From contig OX597826.1 of assembly GCA_951406725.2 (NCBI GenBank), positions 6,200,001-6,264,000 of the forward strand: a DNA stretch of 64,000 nucleotides, written 5' to 3'. This document shows, in pieces, positions 28,880 through 40,459 of the stretch. The notes beneath the pieces were generated by a model that saw only the letters and a program-made list of their open reading frames with translations, made no database searches and had not been told where the DNA came from. This DNA is from Octopus vulgaris (taxonomy: Eukaryota). Numbering within the stretch: position 1 is the stretch's first letter; each line of letters opens with the position of its first letter. Both the position numbers and the translations under genes were made by a program.

Positions 28880-29265
28880 TTCTACTCTTTCTTCGGTACG
28901 TCTAGTCTTCAACTTGTTCAAATGTGGTTTATGCTCTCCTATTTCAAGTTTTGTTATGTACATCATATTGCTTTTCTTTCTGCCAATATATCGTCCTCCC
29001 AACCTTGTCTTCCATTGTTATATATTTTGAAATGAACTTTCTCCTTCATTAAAATACATTGTTGTGTTTCTTGGGTTTTCCTTATATGTTATTGTGTAGG
29101 TAGTAATTTATCAACAATTGATTTTATCTTCCTGGCAAACATTAGATCTGTAGGTGATTTGCCTGAACTGGTGTTTGTGTTATACTACCCCGTAAACCCT
29201 TAAGATTTGAGTTAGTGCTACATTGTTGCCTAATCCATTTCCTGATATTTTTAGTGCTTTCTGCT
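28880..29265 (-). mobile_element. Ty3/Gypsy integrase C-terminal remnant
   Basis: Minus strand, across frameshifts: KALK..LTQILRVY..NTNTSSGKSPTDLMFARKIKSIVDKLLP..FNEGE..IYNNGRQGWED..HKPHLNKLK, matching Gypsy FLxxYRxTP..GxSPAELMFxRxxR..W..HxNQL. Confidence 0.75.
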
Positions 29266-29399
29266 TACCCATTTGATCTAAGTTGGTACGACGGAGTAGA
29301 AATGTGATTTATTGCGTCAGTCAGTAATACAGTGATTCGATTGTGCATTGTTCTTCTGTCAAAGCAGATGCCTTCTTGTCTTTGGAAGAAGGAGCTGTG

Positions 29400-29520
29400 T
29401 GACCAACTCCACCACAAACAGAAGAACTTGGACTGGGACGTTTCGAAGCAGCTGGATGCAAAAATGATGTACATAGCTTTGAAAATATCATGGATATTAT
29501 ACCTGATTGAAAGCTGGCGA
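29400..29520 (+). mobile_element. Possible RTE-like LINE RT C-terminal remnant
   Basis: TWT..KQLDAKMMYIALKISW resembles RTE WTL..RLD..MLRxALNISW. Confidence 0.35.
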
Positions 29521-30799
29521 GATCTTGCTGATAATCATTTTAACTGCAATACACCACAATTGCAATTTTGGCCGAAATGCCCTGATTTGGTTATTTATAC
29601 CAAGACTCCCATAAACAAAACTAAAACAAAAGCTGAAAACCCTTAAAAGTGTGGTTCAAATGAGCTCCTAACCACTTTCAGCTGATTATTTTAACCCAAG
29701 ATATGATTCTTTTCCTGAATTAGCCAATCTAAAAACGTTGTGCACTCGTCAATGTTTATCGTGAAACCTGAGGCTCCATCTTGGGGTTGTTTTACTTAGA
29801 ATCAGTAGTGAAATATAAACATGTTCTAAGTGCAAATTTTATGAAAACATTTACACAAAGATATTTTAGAAAAGAGAATTGTTAACATTCTCGTAATTAA
29901 ATACAAAGGGTGGGAGAAACGTTAGACTACGAAGACATTGCTGTTATATATTTATTATATTCTAAGAGCAAATTCAGACAAGTTATCCATCTTTTCGAAG
30001 TAGGTAACATATGTATCAGTAAGATGTTTCTTTATTTAGTCATTAATATTCATTTGTTGGCGTATTGGTATAGTCGTAAGAATGACAAGCAAAATGCTTT
30101 CTGCTTATCTTTTCATTACTCTTTCTAATTTGAGCTTATATCCTATAAGAGAGATATTCCCTTTCCTCAGTTCCTTTTTAATAAACCAATACTTATCCAA
30201 TGAAGAGGATTTCTTGAACTGTACCAACGAAATACTGGATCCCTGGAGATATTCGTTCCGACGCTTATCACCAAGGTGGGGCAACAGGCCCCACCTTGGT
30301 GTTATCCAGTTTCAGAGAAAAAAAATTTTGTAAAAAGTAAAGAATTTAGTAAAATAACTTTGCTGGTATTCCAAAAATAACAGGAAATGTTAACGAAATC
30401 TTTACATTTAAACTAATTTAATACAAAACTTTTGTATCATACAGTCAGAGGCAGCCTCAAGCGGATTGGTATCTAAGACGTTTAACAACAGTGCCTGGCA
30501 CATTAGAATATTTAACGAATTCCTCTTTGACACAAAAAATTGGGATGAATTTGGGTTTGGATTTATTTTTTCAGCCCGTCAGTCTGTAAAAAGGGATATT
30601 GGCTATTTCTTCACGCTTGCTGAAAAGAAGGAATAAACTGTGTTAGTGTAATTTGGATTGTAGATTTGTTAATTCGTCACAGAAAATACTGTGAAGGATT
30701 TCATTACGTCACGTTAAGGAAATTATTTGACATTCCTCTTTCTACTTAGAGAAAAGGACATATCAAACAAAATTTATATCTAAGGTGCCTGTCATTTAG

Positions 30800-30990
30800 G
30801 TGTGACTCTGCTTCGGTATCTGGAATAACCTTTTGCAGGATACGGGTACGGACTTCTCACCTGTCAACGCCACCGATAGTGAACTGAAAGGCAAAGGCCG
30901 ATATGACACTGTACCTACATCATCGTAGAAGAGAACATGGACTGATACTCTGCTTTATTCACTCTGGAAGAGAGAATAGCAAAGTTGAAC
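30800..30990 (-). mobile_element. Degenerate SINE family D remnant
   Basis: ACGCCACC..AAAGGCAAAGGCCGATA matches the reverse complement of ~62713-62753. Confidence 0.45.
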
Positions 30991-32204
30991 GAAAAATATA
31001 TATAATCGGAAAAATCTTACGTAATCTTACGTAATCATTTGTCTCACAGTCGAGTGCTTCCGTGCACATAGTTCAATAGCGTAGACTATACTCTCAGATA
31101 AACTTCGCCATTTTTGAACAAGTTATGACTTTTAATCATTATCTGACTAATTTTACTGTAATAGAAGAAACGAGCTACTTGATGCAGAAAAGGTCGTGGC
31201 TAAATTCTCGGTCGTTTTGAGTCACACCTTTAATTAGTTAATTAAAAATTAAGTTTAACACAATACACTTTTCTATCTAATGCTATATATCAAATAAGTA
31301 CCAGTTATGTATGCGTGTCGCTTAACTTAACTAGATGTTTTTCTTAACTATCTCGACTATTTCAAGTGATGGAAGCAGTTATTGTCATTAGCGTTTATTA
31401 CGATGATTTTGATATCATTAATGCTATAATTATTTTCGTTTTTAGATATAATAGAACAAAACAATATAAATGTAGATGGGACGTTAATGTCAATATTTAC
31501 AGATCTTCCCTTAGAACAAACGCAATTTTCTAATTCTTCTGTATTATTTAATTGTGCTTTCTTTACATCATTGTTTATAACGAACATTAATTAATTAATT
31601 TCATTTATTCATTTTCCAAATACTCTTTCATTAATGTAATTATTTTTGGCCAAACTCTAAAGTGTAGAAAGTGAACATAAAAAAAAAATGGGGATTGTAT
31701 TTCGAAACTTCTCAAACAATGTAGCTGCTATGGTTTTTTTCTTTTTGATTGTTTTTTTCTAATAAAACTATTGTAAAGTCTTTATATTGTCAAATCGCTT
31801 TCGATTATGTTTTCAGTTAACAAAATTAAGATCAAGATTGGGAATTTGATTAATCCATGAAACGAAACACATCTCTCGTTTTAACATAAAGAATCATTGA
31901 GAATGAAATTTATCATGCTTCTTTTTATTATTATTTTTATTGTTGCGTTGATAAAAATTTTCTTTATTAGAAAACGACTAAGAACAAAATTCCTTTTGAT
32001 GCCATTAATATTTCACTTTGGTCCATGATACGCGGAAAAAAGCCGTAAGCATTTACCTCATTGAATTACTGGTATTTTAGCAACTATACACGTATAAGTG
32101 TTGAAGTTCTTGAAAACCAAATAAAGGAATCGTCATCAATTTATGACAAACCGTACAACTATTTATTTGCTTTAAATGATCTTGCAATTGCCAACGAATC
32201 AGTA

Positions 32205-32418
32205 GACGGCGCTGAGCAGGCAGAAACGTTAGAACGCCGAGCGAAGTGCTTAGCGGTATTTCGATTTCCGTTACGTTCTGAGTTCAAATTACGCCGAGGT
32301 CGACTTTGCCCTTCATCCTTTCGGGGTCGATAAATTAAGTACCAGTTACACACTGGGTTTGATGTCCTTGTTTGTCCCCTCTATCTTTAGCCCCTTGTGG
32401 GCAATAAAGATATAAGAA
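32205..32418 (+). mobile_element. SINE family B
   Basis: GGCAGAAACGTTAG..GAGTTCAAAT (B-box-like)..GAGGTCGACTTTGCC..GTGGGCAATAAAGA, homologous to 3793-4024. Confidence 0.85.
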
Positions 32419-32582
32419 TATGGTTCATCATCAAAATAAAAATCTTCATTATTTTACTTTCTCCCTCTTTTTAGATATTTTTCTGAAAGGTCAACGCTTA
32501 CTTTCTTCCTTCTAGAATTCATCAACGAAGTACAATACAATATCATGTCACTCTTCTAAAACCCCTTGTAAAATTGTTAAGT

Positions 32583-32820
32583 TTAACCCTTTTGATACTA
32601 ACCTACTTAGAACTGCCCTTTCTTTTATGATACAAAATACTTGTTTTAAAGTAATCTATATCAAAATGTTACAAAATATTTCAAGTAAATTATCGTTTCA
32701 AATAGCAACTTAATTATTTTACTAAATACTTTATCATTTTCCCCTTATTCAACTGAAACAATGGTTGTACATTTCAGAACAAAAAATAATAAATAATAGT
32801 ACGGTAGCAAAAATACTTAA
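32583..32820. mobile_element. Possible piggyBac-like MITE, degenerate
   Basis: Begins TTAA|CCCTTTTGATAC and ends at a TTAA. A related inverted remnant lies at ~30300-30485 (AAAGAATTTAGTAAAATAA). Confidence 0.4.
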
Positions 32821-33049
32821 AGGATATTCGTAAAATGATAATGAGCAAATTGTAGGGAACATTATAACGGTGTGCCTCTAATGTTTTACTACCTATACTT
32901 AAATCCCTATAGAGAATAACATTACATCATTGATATTTACGAGTTCGAAACTACAAATATATGTAGAATGTGTGACCAGTTCAACAAAATAAAATACGAT
33001 AATAAAATACTTATACAATATCAGAAGAAAACAACAGTTATATATTCAT

Positions 33050-33250
33050 TTTTTTTTTCATTTCATCTAGTTTCAGCTCACGAGCTGTGGCCATGTTGGG
33101 GCACCACCATTCAGTGTTGCTACATGATTTTACTTCACGAATCCTTTTTAGCAATTGACATTTGGTGCATGAGAGAGTTTGATGCAGATGCCCTCATCTG
33201 CATATCCTGCCGTGAATCTGGTTCATCTGGGACACCTGAGAGGAAGAGGC
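33050..33250 (-). mobile_element. Retroelement 3' end sharing the SINE-A tail
   Basis: Minus strand ends GGTGGTGCCCCAACATGGCCACAGCTCGTGAGCTGAAACTAG plus an A-rich tail. The upstream sequence is unrelated to SINE A. Confidence 0.6.
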
Positions 33251-34022
33251 TTTTATACATATTGTCACTCGAACATTTTGATAAATATAGCAAACTAGTT
33301 TGCTATATTTTCCCAATTCTACATGTTTTAAAATCTGTTATTATTGCAGTGAAAGACAAGTGAATTTCCATGTTAGATTCAGCAATGTTAACCACTCCAC
33401 TGTTTTATAAAATAGATAAAATTGTGAACAGAGGATGAATTTTACACTGCATTCTGTCATGGTGATGTTATGTAACATTAAACACCGAAATATGAAACTA
33501 CCCTTAATAGGAGCATCGTATGGATTACAGAATAGTTTTTCACGTTAGAGATATGATTTCTGAATTGCAAGACCTCATAGTTTCTTCAACGTTGTAGTAA
33601 GTAGGGTATGTTGTTTCATATAGAGATAGAAATCATTGTATTGAAACGACAGCAGCTAATCCTATTGCTGAATATGTGAACACGCTGATAGGCACATATA
33701 TATAATATAAAGTAATGCGAAATAGATAATGCAATATATATGTATGTAGGTTTGCATGTATGCACGTATGTATGTGCATATATACATGATCATGCATACA
33801 TATGTGTACATATATCTATATATGTTTATGTATACGTGTGTATGTATATGTATATATATATATATATACATATATAGGTACAAATATAGCGTATATATAT
33901 TTATATACAATTATATACATTATATATATACTTATATATATAGATACATATGAGGGAATACAACTACACATACACTTATGTACATACATACACACCACAC
34001 ACACATATACATACACCTATCT

Positions 34023-34104
<82 letters not shown>

Positions 34105-35201
34105 TGTGTGTATGCCTATATAGTTGTGCATTGATTTTCAGTAGAGATTCTCATATTTCCCCATTCATGACAAATAATTTTTTTTTTCCTTAAAGAGGAT
34201 TCATATTTCCAACAAATTAATATCCGTTCAAATCCCTCTTTGCTTTTCATCCATAGATGAAACGAAAACTCTCTAAAAAAGATGCCACAGGCAAGTTTCT
34301 CTTTTCTCTGTAGGTTTTGTGATAACATATGTTCATCTTGCTTTAAATGAAGAAAACAAAATACATTTTTCGAACATGTCAAGTAATAATGGATAAAAAG
34401 AAAAAAAAAAGAAACCGAGTAGAGAATATTCTTTGTAATATATACGATTCCTATTATCTCTTTGTTAGTTGATATAGCTACATGACTCGCTGCTAATGTC
34501 TAAATGTAATTTAAATATTTTTTAAAAAAAGTTCACAAAAAAGGCTTAAAACAAAATCGCTAGAGCTGATCCTAGATTTTATCTTTCTGCAGTACTTGGT
34601 GTTGAATATATTCTCGAATAATAACCATTACAATGGGCTCTCAGATTTAGAGTTACAGGAATATTCTATCGACTCCCTTGAATAAAATCAGATTGACAAA
34701 TATACTTATCAAATAGAAGTTGCAGTTAAGTGTCAGATTCTCTTAAGTGGTTAAACTGTTTTTCTAAAATATTTCCCTAAATAATTTTCAGTAATACTTC
34801 AATACTTTCAATGTATAATATTTCAGTTGGTTGCCGTAGATTTTTTTTGTTTGTTTCGATTAACTAATAACTGGCATTTCGAAAAAGAAGGCAGATTGCG
34901 AAATATATATTAGAGCTCAGGTGAAAATACTGTTAACTGGTTTAAGCGAATATTATCGAAATATCAGGTGTCAAACATAAATTCTTTGGATACGAAAAAA
35001 AAAATGAAAAAACATTAAAAGAAAAATTGCCGTAAATAAAATTTGGTTCCATACCAAATTTGAGTTTAAATTCTGCGCGGTTTGTTGTAAAATGATATCT
35101 ACTAAAGCAAATTGCTTCTTTAGTCTTCTACAGGCAGAGAACAAACACTGTAACAAAACACATACATATATACAAACATACCTCCATACATATATATACT
35201 T

Positions 35202-35250
<49 letters not shown>

Positions 35251-35367
35251 TATGTTTCAGTGTCTGTGTGTGCATATGTATGTGTATGTATAGGTATGCA
35301 CTTTTTTATGTGTGTATACATGTATTTGTATAGCATATATCTATCTATCTATGTCCAATTCGCGCAG

Positions 35368-35663
35368 ATCTACTACGATTTTTAACCCCAAGAGGACAAA
35401 TCTTCTGGCTGGTTGACGATGAACTGCATTGCATCCGATAAAATAGCGAGAGGAGAGCAGGAGAGCGAGCCCCTACCATCTCCTAGCAACGGAACCAGTA
35501 GATCGCTTGAAATATATATATATACCGGAGTAAACACATAAATGTGAAACAAGGTGGTAAAAAGAGTACTCAAATACCAGTGGTAGAGTAATATGCTTTA
35601 TTTAAAGCAGCAGAAAATTCAACAAAACCTGTTACTCTGAGTTTCCCGTTGCCGTTCATCGGA

Positions 35664-35702
<39 letters not shown>

Positions 35703-35842
35703 CGGGTAACAGTGAACTGCTATCATTTCTTACAGATGACGTGTCCAGTACTGAGTAGTGGATCGCAATTCTATTGGATGCAGCTGCGCATCTTTAACCA
35801 CCTAGAAGAGATGTCATCTTGGGGTTAAAAAGTCGAAGTAGA
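35368..35842. repeat. Diverged inverted repeat enclosing a younger insertion
   Basis: 35368-35445 aligns with the reverse complement of 35768-35842 (TTTTTAACCCCAAGA.GACA, TCTTCT, TGGTT, TGCATCC.ATA.AAT). Confidence 0.75.
35525..35665 (-). mobile_element. PLE terminal-repeat fragment with a minimal hammerhead-like motif
   Basis: Minus strand GT-CCGATGA-ACG-GCAA-CGG-GAAAC-TCAGA-GTA-AC, flanked by (TA)n on both sides. Confidence 0.55.
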
Positions 35843-35926
35843 GTCCGCTCGAACAGACGACCGTAATAAGGCAGCTACGAATATTATATATATGTATATA
35901 CATATATGTATATACATATATGTATG

Positions 35927-35964
<38 letters not shown>

Positions 35965-36125
35965 TCTGCATATATGTACGCGTGTTTACGGCTATATGTG
36001 CCCATATATATGTAAATGTGTATGTACATGTGTATGTATGCATATGTTTGTGTGCACGTATGGATTTATATATGTGAGTGTGTGTGTGTGTTGTGTGTAT
36101 ATACGTGTATACAAGTATACATGCT

Positions 36126-36171
<46 letters not shown>

Positions 36172-36222
36172 TATATATGTGAGTGTGTGTATCCGAGTAT
36201 CTGTGTGTGGCTTTCTGTGGCA

Positions 36223-36268
<46 letters not shown>

Positions 36269-36567
36269 GTGTGTGTGAATCTATGTGTACATTTCTGTAT
36301 GTACGTTTGTTACGGTTACTACTCGTACGTACGTCTCTTCCAGGGCAAAAAAACCCCTCTAAGGTCATAAATCGCAGGTTCTCCAACAACATATATCCTT
36401 AATATACTCATCCTTTCTTCAGAACAATTGTCTAGTTATCTACATAATAGATCTTTTCACGTTAGGTTTTTGAAGAACTATGTCCTCGTGTGGTTAAATA
36501 CATGGTATTCCATCGGACAAATCTTGGTAACAATGGTCCTGCCAGTACAGGATAAGACTCCCCCAGC

Positions 36568-36710
36568 TTTCTTCTTCTTCTTCTTCTTCTTCTTCTTCTT
36601 CTTCTTCTTCTTCTTCTTCTTCTTCTTCTTCTTCTTCTTCTTCTTCTTCTTCTTCTTCTTCTTCTTCTTCTTCTCCTTCTTCTTCTTCTTCTCCTTCTCC
36701 TTCTTCTCCT
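36568..36710. repeat. (CTT)n microsatellite
   Basis: Seen directly. It is the source of the poly-F and poly-R ORFs. Confidence 0.98.
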
Positions 36711-36742
36711 CCGCTTTCGCCTCCTCTTCGTTCCCACCCCCT

Positions 36743-36773
<31 letters not shown>

Positions 36774-36846
36774 CAAATTCAACTTAAGTTGAAAGTCAAC
36801 AAAGTTTGCTTTCGAAGCGTTGAGATGTATTGAAATATATATATAT

Positions 36847-37062
36847 ATAAGGATTAAATTTATTCTCAAACGCAGGATGATGCTAAAAATTCAGCATCAA
36901 CAGGATCAACTATCCATATTTTGCAGAAGAATCTGTCAGCGGCCAACCAAGCGTCTCATGGCTGGTCGCCGACAGGTTTTTCTGCAAAATACGGATATCT
37001 TACGCTGTTCATGCTATATTATTAGCATTATCCTGCGTTTGAGAAAAAAATTATTTCCTTAT
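36847..37062. repeat. ~215-bp imperfect palindrome between (TA)n tracts
   Basis: Arms 36847-36949 and 36959-37062 around the 9-nt loop AGCGTCTCA, e.g. TTCTCAAACGCAGGAT/ATCCTGCGTTTGAGAA and TATTTTGCAGAA/TTCTGCAAAATA. Confidence 0.9.
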
Positions 37063-37068
37063 CTGTAT

Positions 37069-37103
<35 letters not shown>

Positions 37104-37110
<7 letters not shown>

Positions 37111-37397
37111 ATCACGTGACCGATCAGACCATCAGATGTTGTTACACATCACTGGTAACAATGCGTTCGCATTGTTTTAGCCTTCGAATGACGCCACCCG
37201 CTGACTAAGTGAGCAAGCCAACAGAAGAAAGAGTGTGAGAAAGAGTACAGCAGGGATCATCCCCCCCCCTGCCGGAGCTTCGTGGAGCTTTTAGGTGTTT
37301 TCGCTCAATAAACACTCACAACGCCCGGTCTGGGAATCGAAACCGCCATCCTGCGAAAGCGAGTCCGCTGCCCTAACCACTAGGCCATTGCGCCTCC
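37104..37397 (-). mobile_element. tRNA-derived SINE family C
   Basis: A box TGGCCTAGTGG and B-box-like GGTTTCGATTCCC. Homologous to 63013-63280. Confidence 0.88.
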
Positions 37398-37419
37398 ACA
37401 CACACACACACACACACAC

Positions 37420-37537
<118 letters not shown>

Positions 37538-37562
37538 AGAGTTAAGGAATGGGGTAGAGAAG

Positions 37563-37655
37563 TTCCGAGATACATATGTTTCATATTGGGCGGACCTTGG
37601 AAGTGATAAATATCCAAGCGACGTGTATACTACAGACTACTCTTCAGGCCAGGGA
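37563..37655 (-). ncRNA. Decayed type I hammerhead motif
   Basis: Minus strand CTGAAGA..CTTGGA/TCCAAG hairpin..GAAAC-ATAT-GTA. The core and palindromic stem III ACATATGT are intact, but stems I and II are poorly paired. Confidence 0.5.
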
Positions 37656-38689
37656 TATCTTGAATATATAAAACTTTACATTGTCGCAATGAGTTACATG
37701 TTAATGCATGGAACATTCAATCAGAATGTATAGGGGTCACAGCAGGAGAGTAGATTATAAATGTAGAGAGAAATTAGGATTGAAAGAAGGAAAAAAGAAG
37801 AAAAAGCGCACAAGGAATTGAGAAGACGAATCTAAGCAACGTCATTTCATTTGACTGGTTGTACACAGTATGGCTATTTTAGCCGAATCACAGAAATTAA
37901 CAAGGTGAGTGGTATTTGAAAGAATAATACTGTGAAGAGGGGAGGGCGGGAAGATATTTTTGGTCAAGGTGGAGTGAAAGAGGTATGCATGAAGTAAGAT
38001 AGAATGGACAGGAACCGTGGTGGCTACTACTAAGAATCATTTAAGGAGTGTATATTGTGTGCAGTCAGCGTGTTTACAGTATGAAATAGTAGATGTGTAT
38101 GTTGGCATTTGTACTTGTATGTTTACAAGTTAGGAGGTGGAAGCAAGTGAATTAAAAGAAAAGAGTGAAAATGGTAAGGAAAATAGAGAGAGAAGTAAGA
38201 AACTGACAATAAGGAATTAAAGGGAAGAATCAGAGAAAAAACACTATTAATGGTAAGGAAACATACCGAGAGAAGTATGTAAATGACAAAAATGAATTAA
38301 AGGAAGATATATGGTTGGTTTAATATTCTGTGATAGCGAGGGAAAATAAGAGAGAAAATTTATGAAGGCTAGGCGAAAAAGGCGTGGTGGGCTTAATATT
38401 TGCATTTAGAGAATAGTTTTTTGCGATCGATGCATTCTTATTCCTGTGAAATATAAAAGCTTCCCGCTCGGCGTGCTAACGGTTTGGCCAGCTCGCCACC
38501 TTGACATAGGAACTAATAGTATAAATCTGTGTTTACCGTGGTTTCTCCAAAATTTTATCTGTAATTCCTAAATAAGAGTACCACAAAGTATGCTAGCTGC
38601 TTTACCAATATACTGAAAAGAAGACTATAATCATTCTTTACGTGGAGGTCTAACCCTAACAGCAGTAGTCACACCACACAACTCATTAG

Positions 38690-38862
38690 CCACTACACAT
38701 TCTTTATTTTCTCACCTTGTTTCTTTCTGTGTTCCTTTTCTGTGGAGGAGCTTAGGCTCGAAACGTTAAAGACTTTTTCATTTCCCGAACTTTGTACTAA
38801 TACATCTGTTTGTTGTGTACACCACCTGTCTCCGTCTTTTGTTTTGTTTTTTGTGAATTCTT

Positions 38863-38865
<3 letters not shown>
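38690..38865 (+). mobile_element. PLE-like terminal fragment with a degenerate minimal hammerhead
   Basis: TTTT-CTGTGGA-G-GAGC-TTAG-GCTC-GAAAC-GTT-AAAG at 38736-38771. The fragment ends in (TA)n. A possibly related decayed copy is at ~63580-63780 (-). Confidence 0.5.
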
Positions 38866-38907
<42 letters not shown>

Positions 38908-39182
38908 ACGAGCGAAGATATATTCATATGATCGTGTAATAAATCATATATGCATTGCGTGATAAATGATGTGTGTATATCTCATTTTAATTATGCAGTA
39001 CGACATTATACCACTCTATATAGCTGCTACATAACGTTTATGTAACTCTCAAATAACACAAACACACACATGCATTTATTCTATCATACATAAATTCTAT
39101 TTATTTATAAGCATTAAGTATCCATTCAGGTTTGTATTCATATGCATTTATGTATGATTGTGTACTTACATCCGTGCATTTA

Positions 39183-39232
<50 letters not shown>

Positions 39233-39379
39233 CATATTTGCAAAGAGAATGAGAGGGAGAGAGGAAGAGAGATATGGTTAGAAAGATATAGACATAGATA
39301 TGCATGCATACATATCTGCATACATTTAATGTGTGTGTGTACATTTATATATATGTATATATATATATATATATGTATG

Positions 39380-39443
<64 letters not shown>

Positions 39444-40181
39444 CGCGATACGCGCATATTTATACTTTTGTGCATATATAATAATGTATGTGTGAGTTTG
39501 TATGTGTCATTGTTATTTTGTTTTTTATATCTTCATATACTATACATTGTCAAGTATAGCAAGAACACTTATGTATTACATTTGTTTACTAACAATGACA
39601 TATACACCATATCACAGAAGAGAAGAAAAAAATATAATAGTGCTTCCGGCTTGAAGAGTATGTTGTCAAATCGAGAATGATATACTCTTTTAGCTCTAGT
39701 GGAAATTATAATGGAAAGCAATATTCAAATTGACTTTCCGATTGTCTGATTGCAGTGAAAATGTGTAGAAACTAAATTATATCAAAACCTCGAGGAAAAA
39801 AAAAAGAGAAATTCGAGCTGTACACCAAGAGGTGATTGTACAAAATCTATTATCTGTAATTGTATTTTCCTTCATCACAATCCAATGGCGCCAACGCATA
39901 TTGCATTATATATATGTGTGTGTGTGTAAGTGATGGAGCGCGTGCGTTTGTGTATTTGTTTCAGTGTGTAATGCATGCATGCATGTCAGTGTATGTGTAC
40001 GACACGCATACATATATTTGTATATTTACAGACATGTACATACTTACATGCATACACATACAGATATACACATGCATATATATGTGCGTGTGGTTGTTTG
40101 TGTGGAAACATATATATACATACACACATACACACACACAAACATATATATATATATATATGTATATATATATTATATATA

Positions 40182-40226
<45 letters not shown>

Positions 40227-40383
40227 TTATATAGGTTTATATTTATATATGCATTACATGATATATTCGTTTTTAAACGTGTATTCTCATGCATGCATAT
40301 ATATGTATTTACACATACACACACATACACACACCAATATATATATATATATATATATAGAAAGAGAGAGAGAGAGATACATT

Positions 40384-40459
<76 letters not shown>

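Noticed and set aside
30830-30930. Possible exon after TTTTGCAG
   Set aside because: The sequence matches an antisense SINE D remnant and the frame stops after 29 codons.
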